Positions 39,604 to 51,495 of a DNA stretch of 64,000 nt are shown in pieces; position 1 is the first letter of the stretch; every line of letters starts with the position of its first letter. The stretch comes from Octopus sinensis. Taxonomy: Eukaryota. Location of the stretch: the NCBI RefSeq assembly GCF_006345805.1, contig NC_043024.1, positions 2,232,001 through 2,296,000 of the forward strand. The letters run 5' to 3'. The notes under the pieces are model-generated. The model saw only the letters and a list, made by a program, of their open reading frames with translations. It was not told the origin of the DNA and made no database searches. The translations under genes and the position numbers were made by a program.

Positions 39604-40572
39604 ATGTCTGACAAGGAACCTAGTGAAGAGGTGGAATCAGAATCAGAATCTAATGAAAATCTTGAATCAGAATCTGCGGATGGTCAGGGATTAAAGATCA
39701 CTGAAAATGCAGAATCTAGATCGAACCAAAAACCCGAAACACAACCAGAAGAGGACCTTGATACGGAGTTTGAAACAACGCTAGAAACGTTAGAAGAAGA
39801 AACCGAAACTGAAGAGGAAGCAAAACAAAAACCAAAAAAAGGGACAAAAAAAGCAAAAAATGGAGCGAAAATGGAAGCAAAACGAAATGGGAGGACAAAG
39901 GCAAAACCACAAGACACGGAAACGGATTCAAAATCAGGTTCGGAAACGGAATCAAAATCAGAAATGGGAACAGAATCAAAATCAGAAATGGAAACAGAAT
40001 CAAAATCAGAAGTGGAAACAAAGGCAAAGCCAAAAGTGGAAAAGGAATTGAAAACCGAACCAAAACCTCAAAAGGAATCCAAAAAAGACACAAAAGCCGT
40101 AACTTCTAAACGTTACTTGGTATCCGGCATAAACCACCCGTACTGTGATATTATATACCACCGGAAGACTAATGATTGCCTCCCGTGCAATTACTCACCT
40201 CACTGTCACTTCCAGCATTCTCATCGCTTCATGTTCACCGACTGTCCCCACTATGACAATTTCCACTGTTCGTGGTTGCCCCACGATTGCTTCCCTTGTT
40301 ACGATGTCATATACGAACGGTTCTCCCACGATTGTCTCCCCTGTCACGACGCCCTGCACAACCTAATCACCAAATATCATCACCCGTGCCATGACCTACC
40401 CTGCGATTACTCATACTGCTGCCACCACCACAACCCCCCCAAGCACCACCACCATCACCACCACCACCACCACCACGACCACCACTGCCACGACCACCAC
40501 TGCCACAACCACCACCATCATCATCATCATCATCCACATCACCATCACCACTGCTATTGCCATCATTGGTGA
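39604..40572 (+). CDS. Uncharacterised 322-aa protein: Glu/Lys/Ser-rich N-terminal half, His/Cys-rich repeat C-terminal half
   Basis: 969-nt ORF that is mostly not simple repeat. There is an upstream acceptor (tttatttttgcag| at 39480), an in-frame stop upstream, A at -3 of the ATG, and a candidate 5'-UTR exon donor TCTG|gtgagt at 38879/38880. Confidence 0.7.
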   Translation: MSDKEPSEEVESESESNENLESESADGQGLKITENAESRSNQKPETQPEEDLDTEFETTLETLEEETETEEEAKQKPKKGTKKAKNGAKMEAKRNGRTKAKPQDTETDSKSGSETESKSEMGTESKSEMETESKSEVETKAKPKVEKELKTEPKPQKESKKDTKAVTSKRYLVSGINHPYCDIIYHRKTNDCLPCNYSPHCHFQHSHRFMFTDCPHYDNFHCSWLPHDCFPCYDVIYERFSHDCLPCHDALHNLITKYHHPCHDLPCDYSYCCHHHNPPKHHHHHHHHHHHDHHCHDHHCHNHHHHHHHHPHHHHHCYCHHW

Positions 40573-40742
40573 CAATCTTACAAGAAGATGTCAAACAACT
40601 TCAAAACCAAATCCCCAACCGTTTTTACCACCACAGGTTAATATCCCTTCAATAACACGAAGTATATGATATGCAATATATACATATATTCAATAACAAG
40701 CAGTTGATAATGGTTTATATGTGTGTATGTGTGTATAAATAT

Positions 40743-40790
<48 letters not shown>

Positions 40791-40840
40791 TCAATATCAA
40801 AGATATACATTTACACACACACACATACTCATATAATATA

Positions 40841-41400
40841 CTAGCAGAAATACCCGGCATGGCCCGGGTTAAAGAGAATAATGGAATTTAAAAACGTCGT
40901 CTAGATTACGCAGTTCTTGACTGCTAGTAGCAGAGAAACCAACTTTCTACATGAATAACTCTTCAATCCATGCCAGCATGGAACATAGATGTTAAGTGAA
41001 ATGTTAAAAGAAAGTTTTCAACTCATATATGTATATATAAAGTAAACGCACGTATTTCAAAAACACATTTTGTCTAGTTTATTTCGTAACCAAAAAACAG
41101 GTACAGATTATCAACAATGAAAGGCCAATTTTGGTGATTCATTTGACAGAGGTAGTAAAGAACCAATTAAATGATAAATCTGCCTTGGATCTTGAAAGTT
41201 TACATGAATCCTGGCTTAGTTAAATCTCTAATTTAATGAAGTGCACGGATTGAAGTGAAATTTATGAAGTTGCTTCTGTCAGCAAATTATGTATGGAATT
41301 ACTTTCATCAGTAATTGTGAACTTCTTTCTGTCAGTAATTTGTCGTTGTTGTTTGTAAATAGTGCTTGAAAACTTACAGTGAAAACAATAGCGATTGAAA
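40841..41400 (-). mobile_element. Helitron remnant with intact 3' terminus
   Basis: Minus strand ends CCCGG-GCCATG-CCGGG hairpin..CTAG|T; frameshifted RepHel motif GFMxTFKIQG/QIYHLIGSLLP at about 41130-41215. Confidence 0.7.
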
Positions 41401-41899
41401 AATAAAAGTAAAAAACAATAGAGAGGGAGAGAGAGAGAGTTAGTTAGTTAGACAAATTAGATATAGATAGATAAGATATAAAGAGATAGATAGATATAAA
41501 GAAGGAGATAGATGAATAGAGAGATATAGATGTTACTGATGCTAGAAAACTGGAAGTAAATATTTTTTAAAAATTTCAAAGAAGTGAATCTAATATAAAA
41601 AGCAATATTTTATATTTTTTATATTGACCAATGGAGACAATCAATTTCTGAAAGTTACTTCATAAAGAGTTACCTCCTTTCTCCACTTACCCCAGGAATG
41701 GGTATTTTCTGCCCCCTGAGGTCCTGTTATTTATCCTGTGAAAAATTTTGAACAGTTGTGGACCCTTGAAACCCAAGCTGTTACAGTACTGGGTCCTTTT
41801 TCTAGATGAAGAAGATAGGATCTTTGGTGCTATGCAGTGCTGTCCAATTTGTACGATGATAATATTTATTTACAGCAATCATGTGATGTCTAGATGATG

Positions 41900-42200
41900 A
41901 TGTTCCTTCAGGAACATTGTGCGCTCTAGGACTAACTTATATTTTGCATTTGCGGCTCCGTTGGTGGCTAATGAGCCCTGCTCTTGACAAGCATACACGA
42001 CTGCAAACATTGCAGACCAAGCTTTCCCCATTCACTATACGAGCCGTGCGCTTTCGCGCAGCTCGCTTAAGTTCTTCATGCTGGATACGTGCTCTCTCAA
42101 AAGTGTCGATCCCCTCCTTAACCTGATTCCTCCATCTGTGGCGATGACAGGCATTGTTCTCCCAGTCAGTGTCCTGCATATCAAAGGCCTTTAATGTCTA
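41900..42200 (-). mobile_element. RTE-type LINE 3' fragment with terminal zinc-knuckle-like motif
   Basis: FERARIQHEELKRAARK..CNVCSRVCLSRAGLISHQR followed by a short (GAT)n tail. Confidence 0.7.
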
Positions 42201-44109
42201 GATAAGTGCATGTATACATACATGCACACACATGTAGTCTGTGTGTGTGAATATGCATGAATGTTGATTTCCTAGTTTTCCTTGTTACCTGAGCACAGGT
42301 GAAATCTCGTTTATATTACTTGTTGACATGATGAGCAATCCCTCTGTACTTTTGAAAACCTGTAGAATCCAACCCATGCAAGCACATACACACACAAAAG
42401 AAAGAAAGAAGAATGTTAAGCAAACAGATGAACATTTAATTACATTTTCACAAGAATAATTATAATTTAACTTTTTAGCTTTCAGTTTAAAAATGTAATG
42501 CTTATTTATTCACATTGTTTTGACTTAATTTGTGGAGGCACATGGCCTAGTGGTTAAAGCAGCGGATTTGCAGTTGAGGGATTGTGGGTTCGAATCTCAG
42601 ACTGGGCGATGTGTGTGCTTATGAGCGAAACACCTAAGCTCCACGCGGCTCCGGCAGAAGTTAATGGCGAACTTCTGCTGACTCTTTCACCACAATTTTC
42701 TCTCACTCTTTCCTCCTGCATCTTGCAGCTCACCTGCGTCCCGTCCAGGTGGGGAACCAATACGCCAAGGAAACCGGGAAACCGGCCCTAATGAGCCAGG
42801 CATGGCTTGAGAAAGAACAAACAAATCATGTATTATCATCTCGTAGCTTTAGATTTCAAAGATATCATCAGCATCATCATCATCATTTAGCATCCATTTT
42901 CCATGTGTTGGATGGTTTGACTGGAATTGGTAAGCTGGAGAGCTGCACCAGGCTCCAGTCTACCTTGGCTCGGTTTCTACAGCCAACGACTTCACAAAGT
43001 GTACCAAGGGTCTTTAATGTGTCACCAGCACACATTGCAGGGTGAGTATGAGATGCCAGATCTGGCTGGTTTAAGTACCAAAGGATCGAACTGTAGGAGT
43101 ATTTCTACAAGCTGAGTATTCCTACGATAAATTCATCATTGTTTATCATCCATTTTCCATGCTGGCATGGGTTGGACGGTTTGACAGGAGCTGGCCAGGC
43201 TCCAATTGTCTGTTTTGGCATGGTTTCTATGGCTGGATGCCCTTTTTAATGCCAACCACTTTACAGAGCGTGCTCTGGTGCTTATTACGTGCCACTGGCA
43301 CGGGTGCATTCACACAGCACCAGAGCACATCATCGTTTAACGTCCGTTTTCCATGCTTGCATGGGTTGGACGGTTCAACTGGGGTCTGGGAAGCCAGGAG
43401 GCTGCACCAGGCTCCAATCTGATCTGGCAATGTTTCTATGGCTGGATGCCCTTCCTAACGCCAACCACTCCGTGAGTGTAGTGGGTGCTTTTTACGTGCC
43501 ACCAGCACAGGTACCAGGCGAGGCTGGCAACGGCCACGATCAGATGGTGCTTTTTACGTGCCACCGGCACGGAAGTCAGTCTAGGCGGTGCTGGCAACGG
43601 CCACGTTCGGATGGTGCTTGTGGTGCTGGGACCTGTAAAAGACAAGCCTTTATGTATGGATGACAGCGATTTTATTTAGATTGACCTGTCTTTTCAAGTA
43701 CAGCAAATCATAACTCCTGGTCCCTAGTTATTTCCTTAATGAGGCCTAGTGTCCAAAGACCCTACAATAAATTCATGTTAAGTTTCTTTCTTTTAATAAA
43801 AGGAACACACAGTGCAATCATATATTTTATTGAAATGTAGAATTTTAAGTACAAAGTATATAGAAATTTTATAATTGGATAAAAATGACGTCTCTTGAAT
43901 TTTTTATAATAAATTTAAAAAACTCAGTCAATTAGCGAATTTATAAAAAAAAACAACTAAGGGAGTTAACTTGCATGCGAGTTACGTCCCTTTCGAATCT
44001 ATTCATTTGTGACACATTTTGTACAAAGGTGTATATATATGAATTTGGTTTTGGGATTTGGTTTGCAAGATTCTTTATGTGAGTTCGTGTGTTGAAGTTC
44101 TGTTGAGAT

Positions 44110-44391
44110 ATTCTCTTTTGGTGCCTTATAATTTGACACACTCACCGGTAAAATTTCCATTTCTTTCTTTCTTATTTTTTTTTTTTTACTAAAATTTTCG
44201 TTGCGTCTTGCAAACCTTTTCAATAAAACTATTGAAAAGGTTGGAAGACACAACGAAGATTTCAGAAAAATAAATAAATAAATAAATAATTTTTTAAAAT
44301 TATTCAAATTATAAAAAAAATTTTAATAAAAAAGAAATAAATGGAAATTTTACTGGTGATTGTGTTAAATTATAAGGCACCAAAAGAGAAT
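44110..44391. mobile_element. MITE-like element with ~55-bp TIRs
   Basis: ATTCTCTTTTGGTGCCTTATAATTT.. / ..AAATTATAAGGCACCAAAAGAGAAT. Confidence 0.6.
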
Positions 44392-44666
44392 GACTCTCTC
44401 CAGACACAACAGTACATATATATGTGTATATATATATATTATTATATATATATATATATGTATATGTGTGTGTGTGTGTGGATGTGTGTGTGACTGTGTG
44501 AAACATTTAAATATTCTTGGGTTATAGAAGAATTATCGAAGGCAGCTTGTAAAAGGTTGTATAAATTATACATATAAAATATTTTGGAAGATTTCATCTC
44601 ATCGATAAATTTTGAAAAGTATACACAAATATATAGATTTACTTTAAATATACATCCATTCATATA

Positions 44667-44975
44667 CAAGGTGCAATGGGTAAATTGTCACCATTGTATA
44701 ATTTTTATTATGCGCATGTGTAGTGTTTGTATTTGATTTGTCGACTATACAGGATTGGAGTGAGAAAAACAGCACCGTGATGCAATTTGCTCTGCCAGAA
44801 ATTTGGAATCGTCATGTTGTACTGCTTGGCATTCACGTCGGAAGCAAACACATTTCAGAATGTTTGGGTGTCGTTCTGAGGACAATGCAGAGAATTCAGA
44901 AAGAGTTGGATGAGTCTAATGGTGATTGCGAAGGTATGGCAGCTCGGAAAACTCACTCTGATTGGTCTGATAAGA
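44667..44975 (+). mobile_element. Tc1/mariner-family left end and transposase N-terminal remnant
   Basis: TA|CAAGGTG start; HTH-like ISECLGVVLRTMQRIQKEL..RKTHSDWSD. Confidence 0.55.
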
Positions 44976-46874
44976 ACTCCTGCAAACCAATCAGGTACGT
45001 TATTTTACTGACCCCCGAAAAGATGAAAGGCAAAGTTGACCTTGGTGGGATTTGAACTCAGAATGCTGCTAAGTATTTTGTCCAACATGCTAACAACTCT
45101 GCCAGCTCACCGTCTTCACTTAATATTTGACTCTCAAATTGTGTTATGTTACCATTTAATGATTAAACAAGGTTTACAGTCGATAGTTTTTGATAGGGCT
45201 GATTATCTTTTCAGATGGATGTTAGAAGTCAAGATGCTGAGGAATTCATCATCATCATCATTATCGTTTAACGTCCGCTTTCCATGCTAGCATGGGTTGG
45301 ACGATTTGACTGAGGACTGGTGAACCAGATGGCTGCACCAGGCTCCAATCTTGATCTCACAGAGTTTCTACAGCTGGATGCCCTTCCTAACGCCAACCAC
45401 TCCGAGAGTGTAGTGGGTGCTTTTACGTGCCACTGGCATAAGGGCCAGTCAGGCGGTACTGGCAACGGCCACACTCAAATGGTGTTTTTTACGTGCCACC
45501 TGCACAGGAGCCGGTACTGGCAAAATCTATTCTTAGACTTCCAACAGTGATTTTCAACCATTTTTAATCCATGGGCCCTTTTGATCATTGCTTTATACTG
45601 GTAGACCTCCCCCCCCCCAGCCATTTCATGTCTGAAAACTTGTTTTCTAGATACCTCTTCCAAAATTCCTATTTTGCTTTTCACACATTCTCTTGCATAG
45701 GTTTGGAATAGAACTCTTTGAGAGAAAGTGTTTCGGTGGCTGGAGACATGTTGATCTTTGTAGAATGTTAGAGAAAGAATTTCACAGCTTGAAGAGTGTG
45801 GAAAGTATTGCCTTAACCCTTTAGAATTCACAATATTCCATCAAATGTAATCTTTATTTATTCACATTGTTTCAAATTAATTATGCATTATCTCATAGCT
45901 TTGAGATTTTGATGAGGCAACTGTTAAATTTTAAAATACTTATTTCTTTATTACCCACAAGGGGCTAAACATAGAGGAGGACAAATAAGGACAGACAAAG
46001 GGGTTAAGTCGATTACAAAATATAATTGTAAAGTAGGGATGTGGCTTACGTGAAAGCACATCTTCTGTACAGGCAAATATGGCAATTGACTTGTTTTAAT
46101 GAAGTGAATTCAGTCTAGTTTTGTCTCTATTGATGGTTGAAGGCACCAAATGTCTAATATTTTTTAAACGGCAGAGCTAATCCACTGACCGGCACTACAG
46201 GGCCTTTGTGTACCTTTAGTGGAGTCCACTTTGTTGCTAGTATTAAGACCAGGTCTCAGAGCTGGTATTTGCTTATCTCTGCCTATCTGAAAAACCTTGA
46301 AAATATGTCATGGCCACGGCCCTAGTTATTCTAAAACATAAAACTACTGAAATACAAATACAAAAAATTTTAACCCTTCAGTATTCAGATCGCTCCATCA
46401 CATTGTTTTGAATTAATCATGCTTTATCTCAGAGCTGTGAGATTTTGAGGATTTGTTGTTGTTGTTAAGGGTGATTGGGTGATGGTCTAAGGCTTAGGGG
46501 CGGGAGATCCCAAACTTTGGAAGAAAAAAAAAATGGTCGTCTTGTTGTAGTCGAGGGCTCTTCGTTAATGCCCGACACCACTGGGAGGTGGCCCTTGAAG
46601 TCGCTGGAAATGGAGATCTCCAGGTCCAAATCCTTGAACGGCAGATTTTGAGGATGATGTAATTGTTTATTATTAGAATGACATTGTAGGGAAGGTGTGA
46701 CAGGCCAGAACTGGCCAGTTTGAACACAAAACTGGCAGAGTATTTGGGCTGGAAATGGCCTGTTTTATCCTTTAGCATTCAGATTCCTCTGTCCAAACCT
46801 AATGTCTATTTATTCACATTGTTTTGATTTAACCATGCATTATCCATTAGTTTCAATATTTCAATGATGTGATC

Positions 46875-47659
46875 TGTTTCTTTACTACCCACAAGGGGCT
46901 AAACACAGAGGGGACAAACAAGGACAGAGAAAGGGATTAAGTCGATTACATCGACCACAGTGCGTAACAGGTACTTAATTTATCAACCCTGAAAGGATGA
47001 AAGGCAAAGTCGAACTCGGCGGAATTTGAACTCAGAACGTAACGGCAGACGAAATACCTATTTCTTTACTACCGACAAGGGGCTAAATACAGAGGGGACA
47101 AACAAGGACAGACAAACGGATTAAGTCGGTTACATCGAACCCAGTGCGTAACTGGTACTTAATTTATCGACCCCGAAAAGATGAAAGGCAAAGTCGACCT
47201 CGGCAGAATTTGAACTCAGAACATAACGGCAGACAAAATACCTATTTCTTTACTACCCACAAGGGGCTAAACACTGAGGGGACAAACAAGGACAGACAAA
47301 CGGATTAAGTCGATTACATCGACCCCAGTGCGTAACTGGTACTTAATTTATCGACCCTGAAGGGATGAAAGGCAAAGTCGACCTCGGCGGAATTTGAACT
47401 CAGAACGTAACGGCAGACGAAATACCTATTTCTTTACTACCCACAAGGGGCTAAACACAGAGGGGACAAACAAGGACAGACAAACGGATTAAGTCGATTA
47501 CATCGACCCCAGTGCGTAACTGGTACTTAATTTATCGACCCCGAAAGTATGAAAGGCAAAGTTGACCTCGGCGGAATTTGAACTCAGAACGTAACGGCAG
47601 ACGAAATACGGCTACGCATTTCGCCCGGCGTGCTAACGGTTCTGCCAGCTCGCTGCCTA
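46875..47659 (-). mobile_element. tRNA-derived SINE family A, head plus 4 tandem ~184-bp bodies
   Basis: Head GGCAGCGAGCTGGCAGAA (A-box-like) and GAGTTCAAATTCC (B-box); 17-bp TSD ATTTCAATGATGTGATC (46858-46874, 47660-47676). Other copies: 9525-9755, 17840-18212, 20985-21305, 29530-29695, 32334-32661, 39027-39439, 54300-55075, 59986-60205. Confidence 0.85.
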
Positions 47660-47768
47660 ATTTCAATGATGTGATCGCTTATTATTAGAATGACATTGTC
47701 GGACAAATGTGAAAGGCCAGGTTGGCTGGACGTGGCTGGTTTCAATATTAAAGGGTTGACCGGAACTT

Positions 47769-49028
47769 TTACCAGCACAATACAAAACTAACCAATAAAT
47801 ACAACTGTAAGCTAAGAATTAACCAAAAAGTCCAATTTCCATTTTCATTAAAATTCTCATAAACACCCGTAAGAAAAGCAAAAAGGATCATGAACCGCAA
47901 GAATATTTTAACGAGTCCAACCTTTTTCTTTCTCTTTTTCATTCTTGGAAATATTTCAACTTTTTCAGTTTCAAAATAAGGATAACCAAAAAAGGCACCA
48001 AAAAATGGTTGAAATTTAAAACGCCATGTTTGGTGGAATTTAATTTTCTTAACCTTAAACGACCGACGATGAAGACTTTCCTGTTCCGCTTCGATTCGGC
48101 TGAAGAATTTTGAAAATTCATGCATCGTTGGAAAATTCGTTTCTTCATCTTTCATTTGCTCAAAGACTTTGCTTCCTCGTTCGATACTTTTGTAACAGTT
48201 CTGCAATTTGGAATGATGTCGGTCAAGCTCGTGTATAAGCTGACTCTGCCACAGATTCACCTTTTTCACCTGTTCGTTGACGGACGCCTGCACCTCGTAG
48301 AGAAACTGGTCGCGACTGTCGTAGATTTTACTTAGAACTTCATCACGAGAAGTCGTTATCTGGTTTTTCACCAGGTCAAGCTTCAAAAGCTGTAACTCAA
48401 TTTGGTCCTTAATAACTTCGAGATACTCAAACTCTTTTTCGGTAAGTTCTTTGAATGTACTCAGCATTTCTTTGAGCGGTTTAGTCTTGTGCCGATAATG
48501 AGATTTGTAATAACACTGTAGGCAAATATCCTTAGTACAGGTGACACAGAACACCTGTAGATATTCCCCGCTATGCAAGGGGCATTCTGCTTCAGGTGGT
48601 TCCTTAGGATCAGGATAATTAACTTGAATAGGTATGAGTATGTTCTCAATGGAATCCATGTGTAAAGTCAGGTTGTGCTTGGTCGCACACCAGCTGCACA
48701 AATCCATGTCGCACTTGCTGCAGTTGTACTTGGCTAAACGGCTGTCTTTCGTGCAGGAGTCACAGAGCTTCTGTTCAAAAGATGTGGTGATTTCTTCTTT
48801 GAGAGAATTAATTAGAAAATTGGCGGGAAAGTCTTGAGATGTCGAAATATTTGCCCGACACTGCGGACACTGTATCAAGCGCATGGACGAAGCATTTTTC
48901 AGCTGTTGCAGGCACTCATAGCAAATAGAATGTAGACAGGGCAGCAGCCTGGGGTCTTCATACTCGTCAAGGCAGACGGGGCAACTCAGGAGACGCTCTC
49001 GAACCCGGCGCAGTTTCAGATTTTCCAT
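47769..49028 (-). CDS. TRIM/RBCC E3 ligase (RING, two B-boxes, coiled coil, C-terminal hydrophobic segments), 419 aa, single coding exon
   Basis: C3HC4 RING CPVC..CLHSICYEC..CPQC; B-box1 CDSC..CSKC..CSWC..H; B-box2 CPLH..FCVTC..ICLQC..H..H; coiled coil; tail KKRKKK followed by two hydrophobic stretches. An acceptor ttttttacag|A sits directly before the ATG at 49028, so the track's first 8 residues are intronic. Confidence 0.92.
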   Translation of the reverse strand: MENLKLRRVRERLLSCPVCLDEYEDPRLLPCLHSICYECLQQLKNASSMRLIQCPQCRANISTSQDFPANFLINSLKEEITTSFEQKLCDSCTKDSRLAKYNCSKCDMDLCSWCATKHNLTLHMDSIENILIPIQVNYPDPKEPPEAECPLHSGEYLQVFCVTCTKDICLQCYYKSHYRHKTKPLKEMLSTFKELTEKEFEYLEVIKDQIELQLLKLDLVKNQITTSRDEVLSKIYDSRDQFLYEVQASVNEQVKKVNLWQSQLIHELDRHHSKLQNCYKSIERGSKVFEQMKDEETNFPTMHEFSKFFSRIEAEQESLHRRSFKVKKIKFHQTWRFKFQPFFGAFFGYPYFETEKVEIFPRMKKRKKKVGLVKIFLRFMILFAFLTGVYENFNENGNWTFWLILSLQLYLLVSFVLCW

Positions 49029-49118
49029 TCTGTAAAAAATAATCAAAGACAAAACGAAATATTAATCAATCTCATAAGAATTTATAAACTTTTCAGAGAA
49101 TATGACATAATTCTTTGG

Positions 49119-49553
49119 GGATCTTTTCGGTTTGAACAGCAGTTTTTTCTAGCGGTGTCATATGGAATTGTCACCCATAATTATGACCCTAGTATCGATC
49201 TATTGTATTTCAATCTGTTTTAGGGTTGGGGTTAGTTAGGGTTAGGGGTGGGGGGAAGGGTATCTTCTTTTCTTCACAAATGTAAATAAACACGATCCGT
49301 TTCTTAAACGAGGGACATATTCATAAGGCACAGAATGTTTTTTTTTTTACCTCAATAGACGTCATTGATTGGTTGAAATTGCAGAAATTGAAGAAAAAAA
49401 AAGCAACAAATATCTTACAAACTATAGAATTTTCTCAAGAAATCCAAGAGAAAAAGATGTTTTATAAACACATTCTACCAGTATACGAAGTTTAAAAGTG
49501 TTTAGTTACCTAGAAATTATTTTTAAAAACTGCCGTTCAAACCGAAAAGATCC
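49119..49553. mobile_element. Second copy of the GGATC-TIR MITE
   Basis: Same internal sequence; flanks TTCTTTGG/TTCTTTTG; about 90 bp upstream of the TRIM acceptor. Confidence 0.8.
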
Positions 49554-50029
49554 TTCTTTTGTGCAATACTGTTTCTAAAAGCCCATCACATAAGGCTATA
49601 AATATTGGTATCAAATTTTGGCAACAATTACAGTGGAGGGGTCAAGATGATTATATGGTCCCCAGTGCTCAACAGGTACTTATATTATTGACCCTGAAGG
49701 GACGAAAGGCAAAGTCGACCTCAATGGAATTTGAACTCTAATCGTTGAGAGGACGTTGGTATCATCATCGTCTTCTTCTTCTTCTCATTATTATTATTAT
49801 TATTATATTATTATTATCATTATTATTATTATTATGTGTTTTTACTCAATAAACACTCACAATGCCCAGTCTGGGTATCGAAACCGCGTTCTTACGACCG
49901 TGAGTCTGCTGCCCTAACCACTGGGCCATTGTGCCTCCAAGGACGTTATTATATAATAATAATAATACTTTCTATTATGGGCACAAGGCCTAAATTTGGG
50001 AGGAGGGGGATAGTTGATTACATTATATA

Positions 50030-50074
<45 letters not shown>

Positions 50075-50601
50075 CCAGTGCGTAACTGGTACTAATTTTA
50101 TCAATCCCGAAAGGATGAAAGGCAAAGTCGATCTCGGCGAAATCAATAATAATATTAATAATCATCATCATCATCGTTTAACGTCCGTTTTCCATGCTAG
50201 CCTGGGTTGGACGGTTCAACTGGGGTCTGGGAAGCCAGGAGGCTTCGTCAGGCCCCAGTCTGATCTGGCAGTGTTTCTACAGCTGGATGCCCTTCCTAAT
50301 GCCAACCACTCCGTGAGTGTAGTGGGTGCTTTTTATGTGCCACCTGCACAATTGCCAGACGAGGCTGGCAGATGGCCACGGCCAGATGGTGCTTTTTATG
50401 TGCCACCTGCACAGGTGCCAGACGAGGCTGGCAGACGGCCACGGCCGGATGGTGCTTTTTAGATGCAACCGGCACGGGGGCCAGTTGGGACGGCGCTGGC
50501 AACGGCCTCGCTCGGTTGGTTCTCTTACGTGCCACCGGCACTGGTATCACAGCTACAATTTCCATTGATGTTGATCGATTTTATTTCATTTTCATTTTTT
50601 C

Positions 50602-50632
<31 letters not shown>

Positions 50633-51495
50633 GGGGTACATGAGATTTTATTTTTTGCGTTTCAAAAAAATTCCTTATCTGATTGTCACCCGAAGGAAGA
50701 AAGCTGGTTGGCATGGAAACCAAAAAGCAAGAGAGTGAATCATCAGAGATACTCTGGAGGCGGTTGAAGGGGGGAGAGGGTTATTTGATAATCCTCATTG
50801 TTCTTTTGTGCATGTATGAAGGGATATAGTGGGAGCCGCTTATTGTAATCATGGTTTATGCTGTTATCAAGCAGTTACTGTTGTCAAAATTTCTGTCTTC
50901 CAAACACAAAAAGATTATTGTTACAACCGCACGCTTAATATTAACACCTAGTAGTGTTCCTGTGGATTAGCGTCGGAAATTACCTGGCGTGCCAACAATT
51001 GTAATTGCTTCAGATCTGCATCGTTGAAGATTAATATAGTCTTTTACTCTTTTACTTGTTTCATTCATTTGACTGCGGCCATGCTGGAGCACCACCTTTT
51101 TAGTCGAGCAAATCGACCCCATGACTTATTCTTTGTAAGCCTAGTACTTATTCTATCGATATATTTTTGCTGAACTGCTAAGTTACGGGGACGTAAACAC
51201 ACCAGCATCGGTTGTCAAGCGATGTTGGGGGGACAAACACAGACACACACATTAATACATATACATATATACGACGGGCTTCTTTCAGTTTCCATCTACC
51301 AAATCCACTCACAAGGCTTTAGTCGATCCGAGGCTATAGTAGAAGACACTTGCCCAAGGTGTCACGCAGTGGGACTGAACCCGGAACCATGTGGTTCGTA
51401 AGCAAGCTACTTACCACACAGCCACTCCTACGCCTATATGTTGATTTTTTTTTATAAGGGAGGAGTTATTTTTATTTCCTGTAATTTTATAATCA

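Noticed and set aside
40563-40655. Alternative-frame peptide SLVTILQEDVKQLQNQ.. after the His tract
   Set aside because: It looks protein-like but needs a frameshift in the CAC tract, for which there is no evidence here.
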